Positions 1 through 12,835 of a DNA stretch of 57,291 nucleotides are shown piece by piece. The notes under the pieces are model-generated. The model made no database searches and had not been told where the DNA came from. It saw only the letters and a list, made by a program, of their open reading frames with translations. Source of the DNA: Chiloscyllium plagiosum (taxonomy: Eukaryota); contig NC_057719.1 in assembly GCF_004010195.1 (NCBI RefSeq), forward strand, positions 28,005,072-28,062,362. The letters are read 5' to 3'. Within the stretch, counting starts at the first letter, position 1. The number at the start of each line of letters is the position of its first letter. Both the position numbers and the translations under genes were made by a program.

Positions 1-83
1 GGGCTAATGCCCGAAACATTGATTCTCCTGTTCCTTGGATGCTGCCTGACCTGCTGCGCTTTTCCAGCAACACATTTTCAGCT
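1..83 (+). mobile_element. Penelope-like pLTR fragment with partial hammerhead motif (cut by window edge)
   Basis: GGGC-TAAT-GCCC-GAAACATT followed by the GATGCTGCCTGACCTGCTG..TCCAGCA motif shared with other PLE copies in the window. Confidence 0.7.
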
Positions 84-275
84 TTCCTGCCACAGTCCAA
101 AGATGTGCAGGTTAGGTAGATTGGCTATGCTAAATTGCCCAGGGAGGCACGGACTAGGTAGATTAGCCATGGGAAAAGCAGGATTACAGGGATAGGGTAG
201 GAAGTTTTTCAGAGGTTCGGTGTGGACTTGATGGAGTAAATGTCCGCTATCACATTGTAGGGATTCTATGATTCT
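84..275 (+). mobile_element. HE1-type SINE, 3' half
   Basis: CCACAGTCCAAAGATGTGCAGGTTAGGTAGATTGGCTATGCTAAATTGCC core matches the full copy at 22236-22525; ends in an (ATTCTATG)n tail. Confidence 0.8.
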
Positions 276-3021
276 ATCATCGATAGACCAGCAGTCGGAC
301 AATTGCAACCACAAACATGAGTTTTTCTTCACTGAAAGGGACAGAGAGTAGAAATAAGGTCACAGAGGTTGAACTTCACCCTGACAATGCCAACCAGATT
401 TAGCCTTCATGACAACAAAAAATGAATCAGTCAATGATTCTCAGCTGCAGCCAACTCTTTTCTATTGGAAGTGGATGTCAATAAGGTTTGGTCTGGCCTA
501 TAGCCACCATCACAGTTCAGCTCTCTCATGGACAGCATCCGCTTCCTCCACAGCAATTAGCTTGTCACCCTCCTCAACAGAAAAAGTCCAAGATGGATGT
601 ATACTGGAGCAAGTGATGAGCTGAATCTGTCAGGTACACTCTCTGGTAGCCCTATTGGGTTTTTTCACTATCTAACTTATTTGGTGTGTTTGGTATGATG
701 GGAGTCTGAATATTAGTCAATTGAGGTGTTAATAAAGTGTCTAACAAGTAATAATAACTATCAATTGGCATCTCACTGCTGCCTAGGGATATTCTCTCCA
801 CTCTGCCTGTGAAAAGCATAAACAATGGAGCAAGATGACCATCAAGATGGCACTCAATGTGCTTGCTACCTGCCTCTGCCACACATCTCATTATAGCCCC
901 CATTGCTCATAAGATTCTTGTTTTGAAATAAACCAAATATGGTTATAAATGAAAAGTTTATTCTTTTAGACTTGAATATATTTTTGTTGTAAGCAGAGTT
1001 AAAATATTCCTTTCTTATTTAAAAATGACATCTACACTCAGCTCATCCATCTGCAAAGAGAAATCACTTATGATTTGGTGTTTGATGATGAAGTGTGAAA
1101 TTGTATGTAAGGCAAGTGATAATGGTTTAGCATATTTGAACATTGGTCTTGTAATGATCATGAAAATCCCTGATGGCATTTTCCAGATCATAACCTTTTA
1201 AATGATATTCTATCACATGTTTATATCATCATTTAGTTTCATAGGAGGAGTGACTAAGGAGTAAGAAAAGAGATTGCTCTTCTTGTTACATCTCAAAATA
1301 ATGTTTTTCCTTTTGGTTTGTAGGATCTGACATCTTAAGGATTTCGCCTTCTGCCATGTTTACCTGGGAGACCAGTGTTGAGTCATCATTACTGGTTATA
1401 CAGAAATTAATTTTTGTGGGAATCAGTGTAAAAAAAAATGCCAAGCAGTTTAGAAAATTAATTTGAAGTTCTTAAAGAGACAACTTTTGTGGGGATGATG
1501 GAAATTGCAAATTCCACTCAGCAAAGTTCCTCTCTACATTAAGCAGGAATTGAGAAACAGAAACTGTAACCTTTACAGAACTTTATTTTCAAGATTTTAT
1601 ATGGTATTGTCCATTTAATTTGTTTTCTTGTTTTAAGTTGTAAGTTAATCTAGTCATTCATGTTATTCCATGAATGACTCTGACACTGTATTTAACATTT
1701 AGAACAAATGGATATTAAATCAATTCTGAAAGATAGAGCTTTGCATTGTTAGGTTTTGAAACTTGTTTGATCTTTAGTTAGTTTTAATCAATTTTGGCAG
1801 TGGAAATTATCTTAATCAGTGTGAATAGGAGACACATGGATGGAAACTCATTCATGTAGTACAAACAGCTTTGAGATATCATGTGGCATGGCACTTGGGA
1901 ATCTATACATGGATACTGCCTCGCGTTGATGCTTTCCCTAAGGAAGTATGTAATGAATGAATTTCTCCCTAGAGCATTAACATAAAGGCAGGAATCCTGT
2001 TATAATTGTATCATTGGGCAGAGACTTATAAGCCCTGGATGACATGGTAAGAAATCTGGGACAATTGTGTGAAAAGGCCAGAGAGGCCATTTTTGTCATC
2101 AAGAGCAATGAGCTGCAATTTCCAACCATGTTTCTTGCACAACAATAAGATGCCTATTATTGGGGATTAGTACTGTTATCAGCTGCAATATCTGCACATC
2201 TCGCCTCACTAATATGCAGCAGTATATCCTGGAAGGAAAGTAAACACCAATAAACGTGGTATGAAAGTCAAAGCAGGTACCTGGGAAACTTCAGTAATAC
2301 ATGCTTCCATGGACTGCCAGCTTGGATATTGGTATCAACAACTCTTGGCATGCACTGGACCACCAGTGGCATTTGCCTCAAATCCTCAGAAACTTGGATC
2401 CCACAGTTCCCAATCTCTCAGGATTCTCACGGCAGCTCTCCAATTCAGTTGCGGGATGCTTCTGCACTTTAAAGATGCACCTTGCGGTACACCCACGGCT
2501 AGTGTTAAAATGTTGCTGCAAGGACAGTTCACTCACAGGGACAGGTACCCAGCTCACAGTTTGACCAGGCAACATCTCAGAGCTTCTCCCTTGCTTTCAT
2601 ACTGCTCCCTCACTTTGAGCCTCCCTATATATTTGTAGCATTGCTATCTTGTCCTTTTACACTTTCCTATCTTACCCTGCTCCCAGCCAGAGTTACCATG
2701 CTCAAAGTTCTTCTGCCTTGTCTTACCGTTTGGCACATTCAGAAAGCTAGACATGGTAATCAGCAGTCTTCCGACAAGTCAAGGGCGAAAGCTTGCAAGC
2801 AGAGGCTTCAGGCACAATAAGTCAAGGACGGCATCTGATATCAGTCCAGAGGACTTGTCATTGTCAGTTAGCTGCTCGATATAGCCAAGGTCAGGATCCT
2901 CCCCTCATTGGTGCTGAATATCAGGCAGTCCACTGCCCATCATACCTCTTTAGTTCCTATTGTGGTTTGTTACCTTCTGGAATGAGGGAAAGGGAGGGAG
3001 TCCATCACGCTTCCATCCACT

Positions 3022-3385
3022 GACTCCATCTACACTTCTCAATGCCTTGGAAAGACAACCAACATAATGAAAGACCCTTCTCACCCGGTTATGCTCTCTT
3101 CCGACCTCTTCTGTCAGGCAGAAAATACAAAAGCTTAAGCAAATGTATCAATAGATTCAAGAACAGCTTCTACCCCACTGTTATTAGACATCTGAATGGA
3201 CCTCTCAGATATCAAATTTAATGTTGACCTGCCTCATTGTGCACCTTCTTTGCAGCTGTAACATTGTATTCTTTACTTTGTTCTATTACCCTAATGCACT
3301 CTGCATAGTATGATTGGCCTTACTGCATGCAGAACAAAACTTTTCATCATACCTAGGTATATGTGACAATAATAAATCAAATTAA
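3022..3385 (+). mobile_element. Rex1/Babar-type LINE 3' fragment
   Basis: Homologous to the 3' end of the element at 26810-28355 (IMKDPSHPGYALF..LLSGRKYKSL..RFKNSF); ends CAATAATAAATCAAAT. Confidence 0.7.
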
Positions 3386-3660
3386 AATTTAAAAAAATTG
3401 TATGAGATAAAGTGGTTGGCACAGCTGTTAGTGCTGGTGCAGATGGGGTAAAGTTGGGGGGCGGGGTGTCCTGAATGAGGGAGGACATAATGAAGTGGCC
3501 ATGTAGGGTTAGTGCTGTGGGTGGGAGATTGGAGTGGGCGGAAATGAGTAAGGGAAGGCATTGCATGACATCGTGAGAATGACAGAACATGAGACTTGAT
3601 GGGAGATGGATGCAGGAGAAGAAATTAGTGAGTATCAGGTCCTGGAGAGAAGGTGGTGGC

Positions 3661-3900
3661 ACTTACCCTCGCCAAGTGGTCTTCACTACTATGCATTCCT
3701 CCAGATAACTGAGACTGCAATGAGCAGGCTGGCAGGGCCCAGTGTCATGGCCTCATCTGCTGGCGCTGGGATGAGAAGATGCTCCTGCTCCACTCCACCC
3801 CATCCATTCAGGACACCGAGATGGCGGTCTGCAAAGTGAATTGTCAATTTCCCCATATCTGCCATTTCTAGGGCAAATGTCATGAACGATGCAGGGCAAC
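3661..3900 (-). mobile_element. Degenerate Harbinger-type Myb/SANT-like gene relic
   Basis: Minus-strand translation AVSVIWRNA** resembles the VSAVS..RNAQQCRKK motif; followed by a GTAAGT donor at 3666-3661; similar to 19560-19800 and 30880-31130. Confidence 0.4.
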
Positions 3901-4062
3901 TCTAGACTGACTGACAATAACCTTTTAAAGATGGATCAGATGTTTGGGATGCCACTCCTCAGAATATCCCAGCAGGGGTGAGCTCTCCTAGCTTCATCAA
4001 GTGTTAGAAACAATGAGCATTGGAGAATAGAGTGCTATAGGGGTGGGGTAGATAGTCAATGA

Positions 4063-4206
4063 CTATCCTGAAGAATTCCTGAAGAAGGGCATGTGCCCGA
4101 AACGTCAAATCTTCTGTTCCCTAGATGCTGCCTGACCTGCTGTGCTGTTCCAGCAATAAAGTTTCAGCTTTGATCTCCAGCGTCTGCAGACCTCACTTTC
4201 TCCTCC
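4063..4206 (+). mobile_element. Short PLE-derived (solo pLTR) insertion
   Basis: 14-bp TSD TAGATAGTCAATGA at 4049-4062 and 4207-4220; contains hammerhead core and GATGCTGCCTGACCTGCTG motif. Confidence 0.85.
4079..4106 (+). ncRNA. Minimal hammerhead ribozyme core (PLE type), intact
   Basis: CTGAAGA-A-GGGC(ATGT)GCCC-GAAACGTC: both conserved boxes, paired stem II, palindromic ACGT stem III and GTC cleavage triplet. Confidence 0.75.
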
Positions 4207-4902
4207 TAGATAGTCAATGAGGCAAGGTTGACATTAATGCACAAAAACCCACTCTGCCTCACAAAGAGAAACCCTCCATGAAACACCCTGAATTAGCCAA
4301 AAGAAGATTCTGCATTTAATTTAAATAAGGAGGAATCAATTTTCTTAAAAAAGCGCATGCAGACATAATACTTGAACAGAAACCTTCCAAATAAAATAAA
4401 TTCCATTATTTAAATGTCTGGTAAAGAAGAAAAACAGTTTTATGTGGTTTAGTTTTTGTTTTGTTGTTTTATGGTGTAAAATGCAACACTTTTGCTCATA
4501 CAATGATGAATGCAACCAACCGGAATTTATTTTAAAGACATTGCATTTATCATTAATCGCACATCTGACTGCTATGTTTAAATGATGGCGAGAGATAGAG
4601 AGAGGGAGAAAAGGAAGTAAGAGAGGGGTGAGGAACAAGGCAAAAAAGATAATGGATACCTATTAGAATCAGAGTGCCTGAGATATTCATATCTATATTC
4701 AGGGGTGTCATTTGCATTACTGGATCTGGGACCCTTGTAATTTCCCTCAATGCATACAACATGAGAATAAAGTCATAAAGGACAAAATCACCTCATGGAG
4801 TGCAGTGAAATCATTGAACAATAGAACGTTTTTAAAAAGTATAGCACTCATGGAATGAAATAATTAATTGTTTATTTAAAAAGTACTGATTGAAACTTAC
4901 AG

Positions 4903-5180
4903 ACTGCTGAGAGGCCTGGATAGAATGGACATGGAGAAGATGTTTGCACTAATAGGAGAGTCTAGGACCCAAGGACACAGCCTCACAGCGAAGATATAAT
5001 CCTTTAGAATTGAGAGGAGGAGGAATTTCTTCAGCCAGAGGGTGGTTAATCTGTGGAACTCATTGCCATAGAGAAAGTAAGAGATTAGGTTTGAAAAACG
5101 TATCAGTCATGATTGAGTAGTGGAGCAGACTTGATGGGCCAAATGGTCTAATTCTGCACCCATATCTTATGTGTTTATGA
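4903..5180 (+). mobile_element. CR1 LINE 3' fragment
   Basis: ETYRLLRGLDRMDMEKMF..RRRNFFSQRVVNLWNSLP motif plus 3' UTR stem and TCTTATG tail. Confidence 0.8.
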
Positions 5181-5827
5181 TATTAGTCATGTACTTCACT
5201 GGGTTCAGGCACAGAAGATGCCCAAAGAATTGTCATTAACTTTTCCTGTATTTGCTGTTAGTTTTTAAATGGCCATATGGATACTAACCCCAAGAAAACC
5301 TCAAGGAGATGTTTAATGGCCACAGAAATAACGAATAATGTCAGTATTAAGAGATAAAGTTAACCTTTTATGAAGCACAAAACATACAACCATTTAACAT
5401 TCAAGCCAATATTTGATTGACTTCATTTTCTACCAGCAATGTAGACCAACCTGATTCCCATAGCCTCTAACCACAGCTCTGAAACAAAGGTTTATTTGTT
5501 TTGATGGAAATGTAAATACCAATTCCTGCTCAGACTGGACTCAGGATTATTCTTTGATTCTTGGCTGATTTCCAAACTGCAAATTAATGTGTATATACAA
5601 CTGCTGATGAACTCAGCTCTGCAGAGGGATTGCCCCTGATGTGTGAAATGGGTGTAAATGAATTTGTTTTCCTTACATTAGCAATACGTGGAAACCAAGA
5701 AATGAAAGTCATGCTGGAAAAATCAAATGAGCAGCAATTTAAAGTACTAATTATATTATCTCAGGGAAAGTTACAGCATGATGCTCCAGTAATATGAATC
5801 TGGAGATTGATAATTTTGAAGAGAAAG

Positions 5828-8800
5828 ATAGAACATAGAACATTACAGCGCAGTACAGGCCCTCGGGCCCTCAATGTTGCACTGACCAGAAAAACCAATC
5901 TGAAGCCCATCAAACCTCTACTATTCCATTATCATCCATATGTTTATCCAATGATCATTTAAATGTCCTTAAAGTTGGCAAGTTTACTACAGTTGCAGGC
6001 AGGGCGTTCCATGCCCCTACTACTCTCTGAGTAAAGAAACTACCTATTACATCTATCCTGTAGCTATCATCCCTCAATTTAAAGCTATATCCCCTCATGC
6101 TAGCCATCACCATCTGAGGAGAAAGACTCTCACGGTCCACCCTACCTAACCCTCTGATTATCTTATATGTTTCAATTAAGTCACCCCTTAACTTTCTTCT
6201 CTCTAATAAAAGCAGTCTCTCAAGTCCCTCAGCCTTTCTTTATAAGACCTTCCTTTCAAACCAGGCAACATCCTAGCAAATCTCCTCTGAACCTTTTCCA
6301 AAGCTTCCACATTCTTCCTGTAATGCGGTGACCAGAACTTTACGCAATACTCCAATTGCGGCCGCACCAGAGTTTTGTACAGCTGCAGCATGACCTCATG
6401 GCTCTGAAACTCAATCTGTCTACCAAGAAAAACTAACTCACCGTATGCCTTATTAACAACCCTTATCAACCTGGCTAAAAACTTTGAGGGATCTATGGAC
6501 ATGGACACCGAGATCTCTCTGTTCATCTACACTGCCAAGAATCGTCCCATAAGCCCAGCACTCTTTATTCCTGTTGCGCCTTCCAAAGTGAATCACCTCA
6601 CGCTTTTCCACATTAAGCTCTATTTGCCACCTATCAGCCTCCAGATTTGCAGCTTATCTATGTCCCTCCCATACCTGCAACATCCTTTGACATTTTCCAC
6701 AACTCCACTGACCTTAGTGTCATCCACAAATTTAACTAACTAATGCTTCTACGACCTCATCCAGGTCATTTATAAAAATGACAAACAGCAGTGGCCTCAA
6801 AACAGACCCTTGCGGTATACCTCTAGTAATTGAACTCCAGTATGAACATTTCCCATCAATCACCATCCTCTGCCTTCTTTCAGCTAGCCAATATCTTATC
6901 CAAACCATTAACCACCCTCAATCCCATGCCTTCATATTTTGTGCAATAGCCTACTGTGGGGAACCTTATCAAAAGCTGACTGAAATCCATATACACCACA
7001 TCAACCACATTACCCTCATCTACCTGTTTGGCCACCTTCTCAAAGAACTCAATGTGATTTGTGAGGCACAACCTACCCTTCACAAAACCATGTTGACTAT
7101 CCCTAATCAACTTATTCATTTCTTGATGATTATAAATCCTATCTCTTATAACCTTTTCTAAGACTTTACTCGCAACTGAAGTAAGGCTCACTGGTCTATA
7201 ATTACCAGTTCCTACTCCCCTTCTTGAACAAGGGAGCAATATTTGCTATCCTCCAGTCTTTTAGCACTATTCCTGTTGACAATAAAGACATAAACATCAA
7301 AGCCAAAGGTTCTGCAATCTCCTCCCTAGCTTCTCAGAGAATCCTAGGACCATTCCCATTCAGCCCAGGGGACTTATCAATTTTCACACTTTCCAGAATT
7401 TTTAACACCTCCGCCTGTGAACCTCAATCCCATTTAGTCTAGTGGCCTGTAATTCAATATTCTCCTTGACAATATTGTCTTTTTCCAGTGTGAATACGGA
7501 TGAAAAATATTCATTTAGTGCTTCCCCTACCTCCTTGGATTCCATGCACAACTTCCCAATACTGTCCTTGATTGGCCCTAATCTTACTCTAGTCCTGATA
7601 TACCTATAGAAAGCTTTAGGGCTGACCTTGATCCTATCTGCCAATGACTTCTCATGTCCCTTCTTTGCTCTTAGCTCTCTCTTTAGGTCTTTCCTGGCTA
7701 ACTTGTAACTCTCAAGCACCCTGTGGGCCTTCACATCTCATCCTAACATAAGTCTTCTTCTTGACAAGAGATTCAACTTCTTTCATAAACAATAGTTTCC
7801 TCACTCAACCACTTCCTCCCTGCCTAACAGGTACATAATTATCAAGGACATGCAGTATCTGTTCCTTGAATAAGCTCCAGATTTCAATTGTGCCCATCCC
7901 CTGCAGTTTTCTTTCCCATCCAATACATTCTAAATCTTGCCTAATCACATCATAATTGCCTCTCCCCCAGCTATAACTCTTACCCTGCAGTATATACCTA
8001 TCCCTTTCCATTGCTAAAGTAAACATAACTGAATTGTGGTCACTATCACCAAAGTGCTCACCTACCTCCAAATCCAACACCTGGCCAGGTTCATTACCCA
8101 GTACCAAATCCAATGTGGCCTCACCCCTTGTTGGCCCATCAACCCTCCTGAACACATTGGACAGAAACTGACCCATCTAAAGTCCTCGAACTATAGTATT
8201 TCCAGTCAATATTAGGAATGTTAGAATCTGCCATAACAACTACCTTGTTCCTCTCACTCCTATCCAGAATCATCTTTGCTATCCTTTCCTCTACATCTCT
8301 GGAACTATTCAGAGGCATATAGAAAACTCCCAACAGGGTAACCTCTCTTTTCCTGTTTCTAATCTTAGCCCATACTACTTCAGTGGCCAAGTCCTCAAAC
8401 ATCGTTTCTGCCACCGTAATACTGTCCTTGACTAACAATGCCACACCTCCCCCTCTTTTACCACCTTCCCTGTTCTTACTGAAACATCTACATCCCTGAA
8501 CCTGCAACAACCATTCCTGTCCCTGCTCTCTCCATGGCTCCGAAATGGCCACAACATCGAAGTTCCAGGTACCAACCCATGCTGCAAGTTCACCCACCTT
8601 ATTCCGGATGCTCCTGGTGTTGAAGTAGATACACTTGAAACCAATCTCCCTGCTTGTCGGTGCAGTCTTGCGACCTTGAAACCATATTTCTGACCTCACT
8701 ACCCTCAACCTCCTGTACACTGGAACCACAATTTAGGTTCCCATCCCCCTGCTGAATCAGTTTAAACTCTCCTGAAGAGCATTGGCAAATTTCCCCCCAA

Positions 8801-9690
8801 GATATTGGTACCCCTCTGGTTCAGGTGTAGACCATCCTGTTTGTAAAGATCCCACCTACCTCAGAATGAGCCCCAATTATCTAGGTATCCAAAACGCTTC
8901 CTCCTGCACCATCCCTGAAGCCACGTTTTCAACTCGTATCTCTCCCTATTCCTTGCTTCGCTAGCATGTGGCACGGGTAACAAACCAGAGATAACAGCTC
9001 TCTTTGTTCTAGCTCTAAGCTTCCACCCCAGCTCCCTGAATTTCTGCCTTAAATCCACATCCCTTTTCCTACCTATATTGTTGGTGCCTCTGTGGACCAT
9101 GACATGGGACTCCCTTACGGATCCCGAAAACACAATCTAAGACATCATGAACTCTTGGGATGCAACACACCAACCATATCTCTCGCGTTCCCACAGAACC
9201 TCCTGTCTGTCCCTCTAACTATGGAGTCCAATAACTAACGCTCATCTCCTCTCCCCCCTTCCCTTCTGAGTAACAGGGACAGACTCTGTGCCAGAGATCT
9301 GTGCCCCATGGCTTACCCCTGGTAAGTCATCATCCCCAATATGGTATGCTTGTTATTGAGGGGAAGTGCCACAGGGGATCCCTATACTGTCTGCTGGTTC
9401 CCTTTCCATCCCCGACTGTAATCCATCTGCCCTTTTCTTGTACCTGAGGTGTCACTACCTCCCTGTAAGTCCTCTCAATAACCCCCACTGATTCCCGAAT
9501 GATCCGAAATTCATCCAACTCCAGCTCCCTAAGACAGTTGTTGAGGAGCTGGTGTTGGGTGCACTTCCCGCAGGTGTAGTCAGCAGGGACACCTGCGGTG
9601 ACTTTTACCTCCCACATTCTGCAGGAGGGACATTCAATTGCCCTAACCTCCATTCCCACTATTCTAAATTCCCAAAGAGACTATTGAAAA
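5828..9690 (-). mobile_element. Near full-length, decayed CR1-clade LINE (HER1-like)
   Basis: ORF1 remnants with Cys knuckle (CPSCRMWE..CGKC, 9659-9330) and SGNH-esterase-like HRGTNNIG (9133-8861); ORF2 APE endonuclease (CIYFNTRSIRNK..GGGVALLV, 8729-8139) and RT (NYRPVSLTS, QHGFVKGRLCLTN, LVRPQLEYC); (TTCTATG)n tail near 5828; many frameshifts. Confidence 0.95.
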
Positions 9691-9949
9691 ATAAAGAATG
9701 AAAAAAAAATCAGGAGAATTTGTGTAGTTGTTTGTATTCTTCGCTGTAATATTCAACAAGGTCCATTTCTACTTACAGTATTACTGTAATCATTATCAGT
9801 GATTTGTAAACTCAGGAAAATAATTGGAAATGGCCATTTGGTTCATCATGCTTTCCCAATAACAAACTGCATATCAATATCATCTTTGATATCGTGAAAT
9901 ATCTCATGGTGCTTCATAGCAGCATTACGAAACAAGGTAGTTTTTATAT

Positions 9950-10047
9950 ACTCTGATGAAGAGTCATTCTGACTCGAAACATTAGCCTGCTTTCTCTCCA
10001 TGGATGCTGCCTGACCCACTGTGATCTCCAGCACTTTGTTTTCAGTA
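9950..10047 (+). mobile_element. PLE pLTR fragment with hammerhead motif
   Basis: CTGATGA-A-GAGTCA(TTC)TGACTC-GAAACATT at 9953-9983, then GATGCTGCCTGACC..TCCAGCA. Confidence 0.75.
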
Positions 10048-10390
10048 TGTTTATACAAGCCAGTTTAGGAGATTTTATCTCAGAAGACCTGGTCAAAACT
10101 TGGTCAAAGAGGTGATGAGTGTTTTAAAGGCAGGAAGTGAAAGAGAAAGGTTGGCTGGTTTAGGGAGAGAATTCCAGTGTTTAGAGCTTAAGCAACTGAA
10201 AGCACAGTGACCAGTAATGGAGTGATTAATACCAGGGATGCTGACTACAGTTAGGAAAGCAGAAAAGTCTCAATGGTTTTGGGACTGATGGAGGTAACAG
10301 GGTTATGGTGTGGTGAGGTCAAGGAGGGATTTGGAAACACTGATGGGAAAATTAATATCAATTAATAATAATGCCTGGCTAGGAGCCAAT

Positions 10391-10519
10391 CCTGATGAAG
10401 GGCTTTTTGCCCAAAACAACAATTTTCCTGCTCCTCAGATGCTGCCTGACCTGCTGTGCTTTTGCAGCACCACTTTAATCTTGACTCTGATCTTCAGCAT
10501 CTGCAGCCCTCACTTATGC
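10391..10519 (+). mobile_element. Short PLE-derived insertion (decayed hammerhead)
   Basis: 12-bp TSD CTAGGAGCCAAT at 10379-10390 and 10520-10531; CTGATGA-A-GGGC..GCCC-AAAAC. Confidence 0.8.
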
Positions 10520-11180
10520 CTAGGAGCCAATGTAGATGAGTAACCAGAGCTGAGATTAGGGTGTGCGAATGGGAGACTACTACAGCAAGAAAACCTATGG
10601 ATCCAAGAAATAAAAAGGAAAAGCTTTGTCCAACGCAAAAAATAAACCCTGGGAAAACACTTCTCCAGCCTTCGAAAGGTAACCTGAAAGCTCAGAAAAT
10701 CACAGCAATTTAAGCACTCCTATTGACCCATATTCCAAGACACAGCCTTGATATCATTACATGTTCTCCTCTCTCCTCTCCTCTATCAACAGAGGAAACA
10801 ACCTTCAAAATATCTGAAATAAGAATGACAGCTTAGAATGGAACTTGGGCAGGAAGGGTAGGAAGAGGAGAAGTTGGCAAAGCAGGGATTACTCCTGATC
10901 CCTGTTTGAGCATCCTGACACATGGCTGGTTTTAATTCTGCAGGAGTGCAAGAGAATGCCAGCTGATACCAAAAAGAGATGGACTGGCAACAACAGCAAA
11001 GAAATACCAGCTTTAATGCATAAAAAATGTCCTAGGGCATTTTACTGGAGCATTGCAAAACAAAGGAATGAAGAGGGCATTCGATACGTGCATACCTCTC
11101 CAATACTGTGTTCACTCAACTTTATTATAAGGAAACAGCCCCTCCACGTGGTTCCATGTGATAAGGATACGACTTGTCCA

Positions 11181-11395
11181 AGGGTGTGCAGGTTAGGTGG
11201 ATTGGCCATGCTAAATTGCCCACAGTGTCCAGGGATATGTAGATTTGGTGGATTAGCCACAGGAAATACAGGGTTACAGTGATAGGGAGAGGGGCTGGGC
11301 CTGGGTCTGGGTGTGATTCTCTTCAGATGGTCGGTGCAGACTGGATGGGTCAAATGGCCTCTATCCACACTGTAGTGATTCTATGGTTCTATGAT
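11181..11395 (+). mobile_element. HE1-type SINE, 5'-truncated
   Basis: GTGCAGGTTAGGTGGATTGGCCATGCTAAATTGCC core; CR1-like 3' end and TTCTATG tail. Confidence 0.8.
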
Positions 11396-12249
11396 CCTGC
11401 AGTCCTCAGGTGAAAGTGCTAAATTGGGGGAAGATTAATTACAACAGCATTAGGCAGGAAATGGAAAAATTAGGTTGGGGCAGCTATTTGAGGGTAAAAT
11501 CTACATCTGGCAATGTGGGAGTCTTTTAAAGGCCAGTTGACCAGAGTTCAGAACTGACACATTCCTGTGAGGTTAAAAGATAAGGATGACAAAATTCAAG
11601 AATCTTTCGATGACAGGAGATACTGAAAGGTTAGTCAAAAAGTAAAAAACATATAAAAGGTTTAGGAAACTGAAATGTGGCCCTTGAGAAATATAAAGGA
11701 AACAGAAAATTAATCAGAAGTGGAACTCAGTGATTAACAGAACAATGCCACCCACTACCACAATTGACTGCCCACATGCTCACTCTCAATTCACTTGCAG
11801 ACCGGACCACGCCCCCACCTAACCTGACTGCTCTCCTGACCTGACTACAACCCCCCAAACTCATCCATGACCTGACTATCCCCTCAAGCCAACCTAGCTA
11901 CCCTCCACCTGGAAATGACTACAGCCTTGATTCAACTTAGCTGACCAACACCTGACTAAGCTATACCTAATTAACTGCCCACCCCACCTATGTGCTCCCC
12001 TGTACTATTAATCCATCCTTCACCCATTCACCCATTCTGGCACCTCACACTTTTTTACCTCTCACTGAAAGAGACCTTGAGACCTTGCAAAACTCATCTG
12101 AGTACATCAAATAATGTCATAAAAAGGGTACGTGTTCTCTGCATCATTTATCTTCACCAGTTTTCTCCTGGATCATTCAGTCAACAAGACTGCCATTGAT
12201 TGGAAGGTCTGGTTCCTCATTTACCGATAAACAGTTTGACAAACACAAG

Positions 12250-12835
12250 CAAAATTATTCCTTGGCAGTGATAAACAAAACACTGAGTCACACAAGGAGG
12301 TATTAAGTCAGATGACTAAAAGCTGGGTGAAAGAGGCAGATGTTAGGGAGTGTCTTTAAGAAGGAGTGCAATGTAGCGAGATATAGAGAGGGTATTCCAG
12401 AGTCAAGGTCTAAAGGCACAAAGTGTGACCATCAGTGGTGAAGCAATTAAAGCCAGGTACGGTCAAGAGGACAAAATTAGGTGAGCCTTGATATGTCAGA
12501 GGGTCATCGAGTTGGAGGAGGTCAGAGAGACAGGGGAGGGGCCTGGCCTAAGAAGTATTTGAAAAGAATGAAAATGTTAAAATGGAGGCGTAGCTTGATT
12601 GGATGCCAGTGTAGATCACCAATGAAAGGGGTGATATGTGACTGGAACTTGGTATGAGAAAGGACACAGGGAGCAGAGTCTTGGGTGATGTCAAGGTTCA
12701 TGGAGGCTATAACGAGAGGCAGGAAGCAAGAAGTGCATTAGAATAGTCAGGTATGGAGATAGAGAAGGCATAGAATGAGGGTTTCAGCAGCAGATGAGCT
12801 GATGCAAGAGTGAAACAGTGATGTTTTGGAGATGC
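12250..12835 (-). mobile_element. Old L2-like LINE fragment
   Basis: Purine-rich decayed pattern similar to 10060-10560 and to the reverse complement of 34890-35580; no intact ORF. Confidence 0.45.

Noticed and set aside
11750..12070. C/A-rich tract with recurring CCTGACTA-like words
   Set aside because: Low-complexity degenerate repeat with no definable unit, ORF or boundaries.
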